A DNA stretch of 64,000 nt from Bacillota bacterium (GTDB lineage Bacteria; Bacillota; Sulfobacillia; RBS10-35; Bu92), in contig JADBKN010000009.1 of NCBI GenBank assembly GCA_014896375.1, positions 75,088 to 139,087 of the forward strand. Direction: 5' to 3'. This document shows, one piece after another, positions 11,125 through 21,159 of this stretch (its first letter is position 1; each line of letters begins with the position of its first letter). The notes under the pieces were generated by a model. It had not been told where the DNA came from, did no database searches, and was given only the letters and a program-made list of their open reading frames with translations. A program made the position numbers and the translations under genes.

Positions 11125-11239
11125 AGCAAACCCTCCTTCATCGCCGGCGCATGGGCGCGCCAGTCATTTTTCGCGATGAAGTTACGGTCGAATTATAACC
11201 TCAATGCGCGCGAAATGGGAAATGTAATATGTGGGAATA
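11125..11239 (-). promoter_or_regulatory. AT-rich island upstream of the sleB-like gene. Candidate sporulation-sigma promoter region.
   Basis: Locally AT-rich (…gaattataacctcaat…gggaaatgtaatatgtgggaatactaattctcgtgaatattc…) in a ~72% GC genome. Contains GAATA and CATATTA elements resembling sigG/sigK-type hexamers, but spacing is not canonical. Confidence 0.3.
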
Positions 11240-12196
11240 CTAATTCTCGTGAATATTCGGGATCGGCCACGGCAGGCCGAGTTCGGCGAGCGGCTCGCGC
11301 CAGTCTTTCGGCGGCGGGCAGGAGAAGCGGCCGTAACCCGGCAGTTCGAGCTGCCAGGCGTGCAAAAGATAGCCGCGAAAGCGACGGAAGGGCGGTCCGC
11401 CGTACTTTTCATCGCCCCAGAGGGGCGCGCCGGCGTGGGCCAGATGAGCGCGGATCTGGTGCGTGCGGCCGGTGGCGGGCTCGGCCCGCACCAGCGACGC
11501 GCGCGCGCTCTCCGCCAGCGGCGCCACTCGTGTGACGGCGGCGAGCGCGCGCGGCGCGCGCGCCGGCGAAGCGGGCGGCTCGCGGCGCGGCGGCGCATCC
11601 GCGGCGAGGGTGGCGCGGCGGAGCTCGTCCCGCGCGAGCGGCGCGTCGATCACGCGCGCTCCCGGCCGGCCGCGCACGGCCGCAATGTACACTTTGCGCG
11701 CCGCGCGGTCGCGGAAGGCGGCGGCCAGCGCCTTGGCGGCCGAGGCGCTGCGGGCGAAGACGACGAGGCCCGACGTGCCGCGGTCGAGGCGGTGCACGGG
11801 CGCCGGCCGGAACGTGCCCGGCGGCTCGCCGAGGGCCTCCAGCCAGGCCTGGACGCGGTCCACGAGCGTGTCGCGCTCGCGTCCCCCGGCGCCCGGGTGC
11901 GTGAGAAGCCCGCGCGGCTTGACGACCACGAGGAAATCCGGCGCGCGGTGCAGCACCTCGACCTCCGCCGGCGCGGCGGACGGCGGCCGGCGGTAGCGGA
12001 CGGCCTCGAAGTCGGCGGGGGCCATCGCCAGCGTGAGGCGGTCGCCGGCGTGCAGCACGGCGTTCGGCCGCACGCGGCGGCCGTTGAGCCGCACGCGGCC
12101 CGTGCGCAGCATCTTGTGGAGGCCGGAGAGCGGCACCCCGGGCAGGAGCCGCCGCAAGAAGGCGATCAGCCGGCGACCGTCCTGGTCGGCCGCCAC
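11240..12196 (-). CDS. RluA-family pseudouridine synthase with S4 domain (RluD/RluC-like)
   Basis: Catalytic motif …HRLDRGTSGLVVFARS… plus an N-terminal S4-like segment. The start is probably the GTG at 12196 rather than the ORF-track ATG at 12373, which would collide with citZ. Confidence 0.7.
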   Translation of the reverse strand: MAADQDGRRLIAFLRRLLPGVPLSGLHKMLRTGRVRLNGRRVRPNAVLHAGDRLTLAMAPADFEAVRYRRPPSAAPAEVEVLHRAPDFLVVVKPRGLLTHPGAGGRERDTLVDRVQAWLEALGEPPGTFRPAPVHRLDRGTSGLVVFARSASAAKALAAAFRDRAARKVYIAAVRGRPGARVIDAPLARDELRRATLAADAPPRREPPASPARAPRALAAVTRVAPLAESARASLVRAEPATGRTHQIRAHLAHAGAPLWGDEKYGGPPFRRFRGYLLHAWQLELPGYGRFSCPPPKDWREPLAELGLPWPIPNIHEN

Positions 12197-12371
12197 GACC
12201 CATTCCGGCAAGGCGCACCACCACCGGCAGAGGCTGGACAAAACCTTCGTCCTGCGAAGAATCGTACCACTATAATCAAAGTGGCTCGCTTCGCGCACGT
12301 TCTGATCGACGGCCACGCGCACCGCCGGGCTTCGTGCCGGCGGTGACGGACCAGGGAAGGGATGATCGCGC

Positions 12372-13718
12372 ATGCCGGTCGCGAAAGGCGGCCTGGAGGA
12401 CGTCGTCGCCGGTCAATCGGAGATCTGTTTCATCGACGGGAAAGAGGGACGGCTCCTCTACCGCGGTTACGACATCGTCGACCTCGCGGAGCACGCCACG
12501 TTCGAAGAGGTCGCCTACCTCCTCTGGTACGGCCACCTTCCGAACCGCTCCGAACTCGACCGCATCACCTCCGACCTCGCCCGAAACCGCACGGTGCCGG
12601 CCGAAGTGCTCGAACTCATCCGGCGCGCGCCGCGCACGGCGCACGCGATGGCCGTGCTGCGCACCGCCGTCTCGCAGCTCGGCGTCCTTGACCCCGAGGC
12701 CGATGACGATTCTCGTGAAGCCAACCTGCGCAAGGCCGTCCGGCTCGTGGCGCAGACGGGGACGCTGGTGGCGGCCATCGGCCGCGTGCGCCAGGGCGGG
12801 GAGCCGATCGCGCCGGATCCGAGTCTGGGGCTGGCCGCCGACTTCCTTCGCATGCTCACGGGCCGCGCGCCGAGCCCGCAGGATGCGCGCATCTTTGACG
12901 TGTGCCTCATCCTGCACGCCGATCACGAATTGAACGCCTCCACGTTCGCGGCGCGCGTCACCTGCGCCACGCTGGCCGACATCTATTCCGCCGTCACCTC
13001 CGCCATCGGCGCGCTCAAGGGGCCGCTTCACGGCGGCGCCAACGAGAACGTCATGAAGATGCTTCATGAGATCGGCAGCCTCGACCGCGTGGAGCCGTGG
13101 GTGGAGGAGGCGCTGGCGAAGAAGGTCAAGGTGCCGGGATTCGGCCATCGCGTCTACAAGACCGAGGACCCGCGCGCGACGATCCTCCGCCGCTACTCCA
13201 AGGAGCTCGGCGAGCGGCGCGGCGAGACGAAGTGGTACGCGATGCTCGTCCGGCTGCAGGACCTCATGCGCGAGAAGAAGGGCCTGTACCCGAACGTGGA
13301 CCTCTACTCCGGCTCCGTCTACGACGCGCTCGGCATCCCGATGGAGATCTACACGCCGATCTTCGCCTTCAGCCGCATGTCGGGCTGGACGGCGCATGTG
13401 CTGGAGCAGTACGCCGACAACCGCATCATCCGGCCGCGGGCGGAGTACGTGGGGCCCGTGCACGGCGAGGACGTCCCTGCGCCCGAGGGGCTCGGGCGCG
13501 TAGACGTCGGCGCCGCGCACGAGGAGCGCCCGCACCTTGCTCTCCTGCGCCACGCGCGTCCCCCCCGCGGCAGTATGCCCGCCGCCCGCGCCGCGCTTGC
13601 GCCTGCGGTACAATGGGTGCCGGCGGGCGTTGCCGGTCCGCCCATCCTTTTCCCAGGAGGTCCAGGACGTGGCCGAAGTGTACAACCCTCCCTCGGACGG
13701 GCAGCCCATCCGCTATGA
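12372..13718 (+). CDS. citZ: Citrate synthase. The ORF carries an unusual ~70-aa C-terminal extension and overlaps icd by 50 bp.
   Basis: Canonical CS motifs (…[13 protein letters not shown]…GPLHGGANE…[11 protein letters not shown]…). The conserved C-terminus …RPRAEYVGP is followed by ~70 low-complexity residues before the first stop. Confidence 0.85.
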   Translation: MPVAKGGLEDVVAGQSEICFIDGKEGRLLYRGYDIVDLAEHATFEEVAYLLWYGHLPNRSELDRITSDLARNRTVPAEVLELIRRAPRTAHAMAVLRTAVSQLGVLDPEADDDSREANLRKAVRLVAQTGTLVAAIGRVRQGGEPIAPDPSLGLAADFLRMLTGRAPSPQDARIFDVCLILHADHELNASTFAARVTCATLADIYSAVTSAIGALKGPLHGGANENVMKMLHEIGSLDRVEPWVEEALAKKVKVPGFGHRVYKTEDPRATILRRYSKELGERRGETKWYAMLVRLQDLMREKKGLYPNVDLYSGSVYDALGIPMEIYTPIFAFSRMSGWTAHVLEQYADNRIIRPRAEYVGPVHGEDVPAPEGLGRVDVGAAHEERPHLALLRHARPPRGSMPAARAALAPAVQWVPAGVAGPPILFPGGPGRGRSVQPSLGRAAHPL

Positions 13719-14916
13719 GAACGGGCGCCTTGTGGTGCCCGAGCGGCCGATCATCCCCTTCATCGAGGGCGACGGCACCGGGCCGGACATCTGGCGCGCG
13801 GCCGTGCGCGTCTTCGACGCCGCCGTGGAGAAGGCGTACGGGGGGCGGCGGCGGCTCGCCTGGATGGAGGTGCTGGCGGGCGAGAAGGCTCACCGCCTGA
13901 CGGGCGACTGGCTGCCGGAGGCCACGCTGGAGGCCATCCGCACGTACCGCGTGGCCATCAAGGGCCCCCTGACGACACCCGTGGGCGGGGGCATCCGCAG
14001 TCTCAACGTCACCCTGCGCCAGGAGCTCGACCTCTACGCCTGCATCCGTCCGGTGCGCTGGTTCGAGGGCGTGCCCTCGCCCGTGCGCCACCCGGAGAAG
14101 CTCGACATCGTCATCTTTCGTGAGAACACGGAAGACATCTACGCGGGCATCGAGTGGCCGGCGCGGTCGGCGGAGGCGCGGCGCGTGATCGACTTCCTGG
14201 CCCAGGAGTTCGGCCTCGGTGTGCGGCCGGACAGCGGCATCGGCATCAAGCCGATGAGCGAGTTCGGCTCGAAGCGCCTCATCCGCATGGCCATCCAGTA
14301 CGCGTTGGAGCACGGCCGGCCGAGCGTCACCCTCGTCCACAAGGGCAACATCATGAAGTACACGGAAGGCGCCTTCCGCAACTGGGGCTACGAGCTGGCC
14401 AAGGAGGAGTTCGGCGGCGTCACCGTCTCCTGGGACGAGGTCCAGTCCCAGCACGGCGGCCGCGTGCCCGAGGGGCGCGTGCTCATCAAGGACGAGATCT
14501 GCGACGCCATGTTCCAGAAGCTCCTCCTGCGCCCGGAGGATTACAGCGTGCTGGCGGCGCCCAACCTCAACGGCGACTATCTTTCGGACGCCGCCGCGGC
14601 GCAGGTGGGCGGCATCGGCATCGCGCCCGGCGCGAACGTCGGCGACGGCTACGCCGTCTTCGAGGCCACGCACGGCACGGCGCCGAAGTACGCCGGGCAG
14701 GACAAGGTCAACCCCGGCTCCGTCATCCTCTCGGGCGTGATGATGCTCGAACACCTGGGGTGGCGGGAGGCGGCCGCGGCCATCGTGCGCGCCATGGAAC
14801 GCACGATCTCCCAGGGCGTCGTCACGTACGATTTCGCCCGGCTCATGGAGAACGCGCGCGAGGTCCGCACGAGCGAGTTCGCCGACGCCGTCATCGCCAA
14901 CCTGAGCGTCGCGTGA
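13669..14916 (+). CDS. icd: NADP-dependent isocitrate dehydrogenase
   Basis: GTG start with AGGAGG RBS 8 nt upstream. The product [42 protein letters not shown]… matches bacterial Icd. citZ-icd order as in B. subtilis. Confidence 0.9.
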   Translation: MAEVYNPPSDGQPIRYENGRLVVPERPIIPFIEGDGTGPDIWRAAVRVFDAAVEKAYGGRRRLAWMEVLAGEKAHRLTGDWLPEATLEAIRTYRVAIKGPLTTPVGGGIRSLNVTLRQELDLYACIRPVRWFEGVPSPVRHPEKLDIVIFRENTEDIYAGIEWPARSAEARRVIDFLAQEFGLGVRPDSGIGIKPMSEFGSKRLIRMAIQYALEHGRPSVTLVHKGNIMKYTEGAFRNWGYELAKEEFGGVTVSWDEVQSQHGGRVPEGRVLIKDEICDAMFQKLLLRPEDYSVLAAPNLNGDYLSDAAAAQVGGIGIAPGANVGDGYAVFEATHGTAPKYAGQDKVNPGSVILSGVMMLEHLGWREAAAAIVRAMERTISQGVVTYDFARLMENAREVRTSEFADAVIANLSVA

Positions 14917-14983
14917 ACCGCAAGGGTTTTCCCCTCCGCGGCGCGAACACGCCGCGCAACACCCGTTCGCGAGGAGGTCTCCG

Positions 14984-15832
14984 GTGCGCGTCGCGGTGCT
15001 CGTCAACGCGGAGAAGCCCCGCGCCATCGAGGTGGCGGAACGGCTCAGCGCCTGGCTGCGGGAGCGCCGGGTGGAGCCGCTGACCACCCCGGAGCTCTCG
15101 GGCCTCGTGCGCGGGGCGGAGGCCCTGCCGCCGTCCCGCTGGGGCGATGCCGCCTTCGCCGTCGTGCTGGGCGGGGACGGCACGCTCCTCCAGGCGGCGC
15201 GCCAGCTCACGCCGTATGGCGTGCCGCTCTTGGGCGTCAACTTCGGCCACCTCGGCTTCCTCACGGAGCTCGAGGCGGCGGAGCTCTTCACTCGCCTGCC
15301 GGAATTCCTTGAGGGCCGCTGTCTCGTGGATGAGCGCAGCCTGCTCGGCGCCCGCGTGCTGGAGGAGGGCTCCGGCCCGCCGCGGCTCGCGTTGAACGAC
15401 GCGGTCGTGAGCCGCGTGCCGTTCTCGCGGCTGCTGCAGCTCGAGGTGTACGCCGACGACGACCCCGTCGCCACCTACCTCGCCGACGGCCTCATCGTGG
15501 CCACACCCACCGGCTCGACGGCCTACTCGCTGGCCGCCGGCGGGCCCGTGCTGGACCCCAGCCTGCGCGCGCTCGTCGTCACGCCGATCTGCGCCTATTC
15601 CTTCGGATCGCGGCCGATCGTCGTGCCGGCCGAGCGGCGCATCCGCGTCCGCCTCGCGGGGCCGGCGCGGGACGTCGTCCTCACGCTGGACGGGCAGGAT
15701 TCGCGGTCCCTGGAGCACGGCCAGACGGTCGAGGTGTCCATCGTGGAGCCGCGCGTGCGGCTCCTGCGCCTGCCCGGCTGGAACTTCTACTCGGTCCTGC
15801 GCCGCAAGTGGGCGGAGGGAACGCGCGCATGA
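14984..15832 (+). CDS. nadK: NAD(+) kinase
   Basis: GGDGT motif (VVLGGDGTLLQAAR) and NAD-kinase fold segments (…GVNFGHLGFLTE…). Confidence 0.9.
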   Translation: MRVAVLVNAEKPRAIEVAERLSAWLRERRVEPLTTPELSGLVRGAEALPPSRWGDAAFAVVLGGDGTLLQAARQLTPYGVPLLGVNFGHLGFLTELEAAELFTRLPEFLEGRCLVDERSLLGARVLEEGSGPPRLALNDAVVSRVPFSRLLQLEVYADDDPVATYLADGLIVATPTGSTAYSLAAGGPVLDPSLRALVVTPICAYSFGSRPIVVPAERRIRVRLAGPARDVVLTLDGQDSRSLEHGQTVEVSIVEPRVRLLRLPGWNFYSVLRRKWAEGTRA

Positions 15833-17556
15833 GCGGCGTCGTCCTGAGGGAGCTGCGCGTGCGCGACTTTGCGATCGTCGACGAGGTCGCGGTGACGTTC
15901 GCCGACGGGTTCAACGTCCTCACTGGGGAGACCGGCGCCGGCAAGTCGATCCTCATCGACGCGTTGAGCGTGGCGCTCGGCGGGCGCGCGGCGGCCGACC
16001 AGATCCGCCAGGGCGCCGAGGAGGCGTCGGTCGAAGCCGTCTTCGAGATCCGCCAGGAGGACCACCCCGCGGTGGCGCAGCTGCGCGCCGAGGGCCTGTA
16101 CGAGCCGGGCGAGGGGCTCGTCGTGCTCGGGCGCACGCTCTCCGCCAGCGGCCGGCACCTCGCGCACGTCAACGGCCGCCTGGCCACGGCACGTCTTCTG
16201 CGGGAGATCGGCAGCCAGTGGGTGGAGATCCACGGCCAGCACGAGCACCAGCACCTCTTCCTGCCGGCGCGCCAGCGCGACCTGCTCGACGGCTTCGCCG
16301 GCGAGGCTGCGCTTGAGGCGCGGCGGCGCGTGCGCGAGGCTTTCCAGAGGTGGCGGGAGATCCTCGCGGAGCGCGCGCAGCTCGCCGGCGACCCACGTGA
16401 GCGCGCGCGGCAGGAGGATCTCCTGCGCTTCCAGCTGAGTGAGATCGACGCCGCGCGCCTGCGGCCCGGCGAGGAGGAGGAGCTGGCCGCGCGGCGGCGG
16501 ATCCTGCAGCACGCGCAGCGGCTCTTTGAGGTGGCGGCCGGCGCCCACCAGCGGCTGGCGGAGGGCGGCCAGCCCGGGGGCGCCCTGGCGGACGCCGCCA
16601 GCGCCGTGGCGGAGGCAGTGCGCCACGCCGCCGCCATCGACCCGCGCCTCGACGGTGTCCGCGCCCTCCTGGAGGACGCCGTCACACTCCTGCGGGAGGC
16701 GGCGCGCGAGTTGCGCGCCTACCGGGACGGCTTGCAGTTCGAGCCGGAGGAGCTCGCACAGATCGAGGAGCGCTGGGACCTCATCAGCCGGCTCAAGCGC
16801 AAGTACGGCGAGACGGTGGAGGAGATCCTCACCTACCGCAACGAGGTGGCCGCCTCCCTAGATGCGTATGCGCGCCAGGAGCAGCGCGCGCGCGCGCTGG
16901 ACGCGGAAGAAGCGGCCGCGCGGGCGGATCTGGCGGCGGCCTGCCGGGAACTCTCGCGCCTGCGCCGGGAGGCCGGCCTGCGCCTGCAGGAGGCGGTCGG
17001 CCGCGAACTCGAGGCGCTCGCCTTCCCGGAGGCCGCGTTCCGCGTGGACGTGCGGCCGCGTTGGAAGGATGGGCCCGACGGGCGGGAGCCCGACGCCGAC
17101 GCCTCCGGCGCGGACGATGTCGAGTTCCGCCTGGCCGCCAACCCCGGCGAGGAGCCGCGCCCGCTGCGCGCCGTCGCCTCCGGCGGCGAGCTCTCCCGCA
17201 TCATGCTGGCCGTCTGCGCCAGCGCCGCCGCGGCGCTGGACGTGCCGGTGCTCGTCTTTGACGAGATCGACGCCGGCGTGGGCGGACGCACCGCGCAGGC
17301 CGTGGCCCAGCGCCTCGCGGCCCTCGGGCGTCACCGGCAGGTGCTGTGCGTGACGCATCTCGCGCAGATCGCCGCGCGCGCCGACCACCACCTCGCCATC
17401 CGCAAGCGGCTGCGGCGCGCGCGCGCGAGCGTCGCCGTGGCCGGCGTGCGCGGCGCCGAGCGCGCGCGCGAAATCGCGCGCATGCTGTCCGGCGGCGATT
17501 CGCCGGCCGCCCTGCGCCATGCCGAGGAGCTCTTGCAAAACCTGGAATCGACCTGA
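15829..17556 (+). CDS. recN: DNA repair protein RecN
   Basis: ATG overlaps the nadK stop (ATGA). N-terminal Walker A FNVLTGETGAGKSILIDAL, long coiled coil and C-terminal SMC-like signature. nadK-recN-spoIVB-spo0A order as in Bacillus. Confidence 0.9.
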   Translation: MSGVVLRELRVRDFAIVDEVAVTFADGFNVLTGETGAGKSILIDALSVALGGRAAADQIRQGAEEASVEAVFEIRQEDHPAVAQLRAEGLYEPGEGLVVLGRTLSASGRHLAHVNGRLATARLLREIGSQWVEIHGQHEHQHLFLPARQRDLLDGFAGEAALEARRRVREAFQRWREILAERAQLAGDPRERARQEDLLRFQLSEIDAARLRPGEEEELAARRRILQHAQRLFEVAAGAHQRLAEGGQPGGALADAASAVAEAVRHAAAIDPRLDGVRALLEDAVTLLREAARELRAYRDGLQFEPEELAQIEERWDLISRLKRKYGETVEEILTYRNEVAASLDAYARQEQRARALDAEEAAARADLAAACRELSRLRREAGLRLQEAVGRELEALAFPEAAFRVDVRPRWKDGPDGREPDADASGADDVEFRLAANPGEEPRPLRAVASGGELSRIMLAVCASAAAALDVPVLVFDEIDAGVGGRTAQAVAQRLAALGRHRQVLCVTHLAQIAARADHHLAIRKRLRRARASVAVAGVRGAERAREIARMLSGGDSPAALRHAEELLQNLEST

Positions 17557-17716
17557 TTGGCAGCCGCGCACGACGTCGCCAGCATATGCGCCCGCCGTTT
17601 CGGGCACGTTACGCCTAGCCGTGGTCCGGCAAGGCGTTTTTTCATGCAAAGACCGCCTTGCGGACCAAAAGGAGGTGAGGCGAGGGGCCGAATCCAGACC
17701 GGGAGCGTGATGACAA

Positions 17717-19036
17717 TTGAATCGACGCGTTCGGCGCTGGGTCGGACTCGTCCTGGCGCTCGCCGTGCTCGGTGTGGGTTTCACGCCCCCGTACCGCACG
17801 CTGGAGCGCCTGCCGGCGGAGCTGCAGCTGGCCTCCGGCGCGGAGGCCGCGCTGGATCTGGCCGGCCGCGGCTTCCTGGCCGTCCGCGGCGACCGCCCGC
17901 AAGGCCTCGTCGTCGACGGTACGCCCCTCGGCACCGAGTGGCGCGCCGTGCGGCACGACGTCCTCCGCCTGACGGCGCGCGGCACCGGCGTCACGCATCT
18001 CCAGGTGGCGCTCTTCGGCTGGCTCCCGCTGCGCACCGTCACCGTGGATGTGCGTCCCACGGTCACCGTGGTGCCCGGCGGGCAGGCGATCGGCGTCGTC
18101 CTCCACAGTGACGGTGTGGTCGTCGTCGACGAAGCCGGGTTGCGCGACCGCGACGGGCGCGTGCGGCACCCCGCCCAGGAGGCGGGAGTGCGCGTCGGCG
18201 ACGTGATCGTCGCCGTCAACGGCGCCGAGGTGGCCGACAAGGAGGACGCCGCGCGCAAGATCGACGCGGCGGCGCGCAGCGGGCGGCCGATCGCCCTCAC
18301 CGTGCGGCGCGACGGCCGCATCCTCACCCTCTCCGTGCAGCCTGTGTGGGACGTGCGCGCCGGGCGCTATCTCGTCGGCGTGTGGATCCGCGACGGCGCC
18401 TCAGGCGTCGGCACGCTCACCTTCTACGACCCGCAATCGCGCCGTTTCGCGGCGCTCGGCCACGTGGTGAGCGACAGCCGGACGGGAGAGCCGTACGAGA
18501 TCCGCGACGGCGAGATCGTGGGCGCGATCGTTAGCGACATCGACCGCGGCAGCGCCGGCTCCCCCGGGGAGAAGCTGGCCGTCTTCGTGGGGCGGCGGCA
18601 GCCGCTGGGGACCCTGGAGAAGAACACGGAGGTCGGCGTGTTCGGGCGGCTCCTGAACATTCCCGACGGCGGCGGCGCGCCTGTACCCATCGCGCTGCCG
18701 CAGGAGGTGCACACGGGTCCCGCCGTGATCCGTACGGTGCTGCACGGGCAGAAGATCGACACGTTCGATGTGGAGATCGAGCGCGTCGCCCTGCAGGACC
18801 GGCCCGCGGGCAAGGGGCTCATCGTCCGCGTCACCGATCCGCGGCTCCTGCGGGAGGCCGGGGGCATCGTCCAGGGGATGTCGGGCAGCCCCATCCTTCA
18901 GGACGGCAAGCTCGTGGGGGCCGTGACCCACGTGTTCGTCAACGATCCCACACGCGGTTACGGCGTGCTGGCCATCTGGATGGCGGAGGAAGCCGGTCTC
19001 CTGACGACGTCGAGGGCGGCCGCCCCGGGGTTCTGA
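17717..19036 (+). CDS. spoIVB: Stage IV sporulation protein B (SpoIVB, S55 serine peptidase with PDZ domain)
   Basis: TTG start. PDZ region (…GVRVGDVIVAVNGAEV…) and S55 peptidase body (…GTLTFYDPQSRRFAALGH…GMSGSPILQDGKLVGAVTHVFVNDPTRGYGV…). Confidence 0.9.
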   Translation: MNRRVRRWVGLVLALAVLGVGFTPPYRTLERLPAELQLASGAEAALDLAGRGFLAVRGDRPQGLVVDGTPLGTEWRAVRHDVLRLTARGTGVTHLQVALFGWLPLRTVTVDVRPTVTVVPGGQAIGVVLHSDGVVVVDEAGLRDRDGRVRHPAQEAGVRVGDVIVAVNGAEVADKEDAARKIDAAARSGRPIALTVRRDGRILTLSVQPVWDVRAGRYLVGVWIRDGASGVGTLTFYDPQSRRFAALGHVVSDSRTGEPYEIRDGEIVGAIVSDIDRGSAGSPGEKLAVFVGRRQPLGTLEKNTEVGVFGRLLNIPDGGGAPVPIALPQEVHTGPAVIRTVLHGQKIDTFDVEIERVALQDRPAGKGLIVRVTDPRLLREAGGIVQGMSGSPILQDGKLVGAVTHVFVNDPTRGYGVLAIWMAEEAGLLTTSRAAAPGF

Positions 19037-19060
19037 CCCCGGGGCCCCGCCCCCTTTTTG
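19022..19060 (+). terminator. Candidate intrinsic terminator overlapping the spoIVB stop
   Basis: A GCCCCGGGG…CCCCGGGGC dyad spans the TGA stop and is followed by CCCGCCCCCTTTTT. A T5 tract is rare in this genome. Confidence 0.4.
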
Positions 19061-19194
19061 ACGAACGCTGGCGTCGAGATTCGTCGCTCGATTCTACGCT
19101 GTGCTCGACAGGTATGAGCCGCCGCCTGTCCAAATTCTGGTCCATAATGGAAATGCGGTTGGCACCCTCTGCCAGCGTCGAAAGGGAGTGACGC

Positions 19195-19971
19195 ATGTCC
19201 GCCGTCGCCATGCCGAAAAGCGAACGGATCCGCATTTTGATCGGGGACGACAACCGCGAGTTCTGCCATATGTTGCGCGCCTACATGGCGGAACAGCCCG
19301 ACTTCGAGGTGATCGGCATCGCGCAGAACGGGCGCGAGGTCCTGGAGCTCGTGGAGCAGCGCCCGGACGTCCTCATCCTCGACATCATCATGCCCCACCT
19401 CGACGGCATCGGCGTGCTGGAGCGCCTTGGGCGCCAGATGGGCGCGCAGCGCCCCAAGGTCATCATGTTGACGGCCTTCGGCCAGGAGCACATCACGCAA
19501 CGCGCCGTGGCCCTCGGCGCGGACTATTACATTCTCAAGCCGTTCGACCTCGCCACACTGGCCAGCCGCATCCGCGAGATCGTGCGCCAGCAACCCTCGG
19601 CGCCGCCGCCGGCACCGGCGCGCAACGTCGACCGGCGCATCACGGAGGTCCTCCACGAGATCGGGATCCCCGCGCACATCAAGGGCTACCGCTACCTCCG
19701 CGAGGCCATCGCGATGGTCACGGAGCGCGTCGACCTGCTCAGCGCGATCACGAAGGAACTCTACCCGACGATCGCCAAGCGCAACGGCACCACCCCGAGC
19801 CGCGTGGAGCGCGCCATCCGCCACGCCATCGAGGTCGCGTGGAGCCGCGGCAACTTCGAGGCCATCCAGCGCCTCTTCGGCCACACGGTCAGCTCCGACC
19901 GCGGCAAGCCCACGAACTCCGAGTTCATCGCCATGCTCGCGGACCGGCTGCGCCTCGAAGAGCGGAGCTGA
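19195..19971 (+). CDS. spo0A: Sporulation master regulator Spo0A
   Basis: Receiver domain ([18 protein letters not shown]…[18 protein letters not shown]) and the Spo0A-specific C-terminal DNA-binding domain (…[15 protein letters not shown]…[13 protein letters not shown]). Confidence 0.95.
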   Translation: MSAVAMPKSERIRILIGDDNREFCHMLRAYMAEQPDFEVIGIAQNGREVLELVEQRPDVLILDIIMPHLDGIGVLERLGRQMGAQRPKVIMLTAFGQEHITQRAVALGADYYILKPFDLATLASRIREIVRQQPSAPPPAPARNVDRRITEVLHEIGIPAHIKGYRYLREAIAMVTERVDLLSAITKELYPTIAKRNGTTPSRVERAIRHAIEVAWSRGNFEAIQRLFGHTVSSDRGKPTNSEFIAMLADRLRLEERS

Positions 19972-19977
19972 GCCCGT

Positions 19978-19994
19978 CCCGCGCCCCGCGCGGG
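19978..19994 (+). terminator. Possible GC hairpin terminator after spo0A (CCCGCGC-ccc-GCGCGGG). No U tract follows.
   Basis: Perfect 7-bp stem immediately after the spo0A stop. No downstream T-run. Confidence 0.25.
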
Positions 19995-20031
19995 AATCGC
20001 GCCGCCGGCCGGCGCTCACACTAGGCCGGGG

Positions 20032-21156
20032 GTGCAGGTTGTGCATGCGACGGGTCCGGCGCGGGTGGGGCGGCGCACCAAGTGGCTTGCCGCCCGCCTG
20101 CGCCGCGGCGACGTGGCGATCATCGACCACCGCGACCTGGACGAGGTGGCGGCGCGCTCGCTCCTCGACCGCGGCGTGCGTGCCGTCGTCAATGCCGACA
20201 CGTTCCTCTCCGGACGGTATCCCGCGGGCGGGGCGCGGCTGCTCGCCGCGGCCGGCGTGGCATTGGTCGAGGAGGTCGGGCGCTCCATCCTCGACCTGCC
20301 GGACGGCGTGCCCGTCGAGATCGAAGACGACCTCGTGCGCGCCGCCGGGCGGGAGTGGCGCGGCCGCGCAGTGGCGGCCCCCGAGCTTGAGGAGCGCTGG
20401 CGGCGCGCGCACAGCCACCTGCGCGCGGAGCTGGCGGCCTTTCTCGCCAACACCATCGACCACGCGCGCAAGGAGCAGGACCTCGTCCTCCAGCCCCTGG
20501 AGCTGCCGCGCCTCGCCACGCGCCTTGAGGGCCGCGCGGCCGTCGTCGTCGTGCGGGGCCACGCCTACACCGAGGATCTCGCGGCTGTGCGCCCCTTCCT
20601 CCTCGACACGCGGCCCGTCCTCATCGGCGTCGACGGCGGCGCCGACGCCATCCTGCAGGCCGGCTTCCGCCCGGACATGGTCGTCGGCGACATGGACAGC
20701 GTCTCCGACCGCGCGCTGCGCCTCGCGCGCGACGTCATCGTGCACGCCTACCCGGACGGGCGCGCGCCCGGCTGGACGCGCGTGAAGGCGCTGGGCCTGC
20801 CCGCCCGGCGCGTGCCGGCCGCCGGCACGAGCGAGGACCTGGCGCTGCTCCTCGCCTACCAGGGTGGGGCGCGGCCGATCGTCGTCGTGGGCGCGCACAC
20901 GAACATCGTCGACTTTCTGGAAAAGGGCCGCCCCGGGATGGCCAGCACGTTCCTCACGAGGCTCCTCATCGGGCACGTGCTGATCGACGCTAAAGGCGTG
21001 AGCCGTCTCTACCGGGGCGGCCGCCGGCCGGTGTACGCAGGCTACCTCCTCGCGGCCGCGGCCCTGCCGCTGGGGGCGATCTTCGCGGCGCTGCCCGTGA
21101 CGCGCATCATCGCGCGGCTCTGGTGGCTCGAGCTGCGTATGGCCCTGGGCTGGTGA
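20032..21156 (+). CDS. steA: SteA-family protein (thiamin-pyrophosphokinase-like catalytic domain plus C-terminal membrane anchor)
   Basis: GTG start. Conserved N-terminus …ARVGRRTKWLAARLRRGDVAIIDHRDLD…. Central …VLIGVDGGADAIL…VVGDMDSVSD… TPK-like motif. Hydrophobic C-terminus. Confidence 0.7.
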   Translation: MQVVHATGPARVGRRTKWLAARLRRGDVAIIDHRDLDEVAARSLLDRGVRAVVNADTFLSGRYPAGGARLLAAAGVALVEEVGRSILDLPDGVPVEIEDDLVRAAGREWRGRAVAAPELEERWRRAHSHLRAELAAFLANTIDHARKEQDLVLQPLELPRLATRLEGRAAVVVVRGHAYTEDLAAVRPFLLDTRPVLIGVDGGADAILQAGFRPDMVVGDMDSVSDRALRLARDVIVHAYPDGRAPGWTRVKALGLPARRVPAAGTSEDLALLLAYQGGARPIVVVGAHTNIVDFLEKGRPGMASTFLTRLLIGHVLIDAKGVSRLYRGGRRPVYAGYLLAAAALPLGAIFAALPVTRIIARLWWLELRMALGW

Positions 21157-21159
21157 GCG

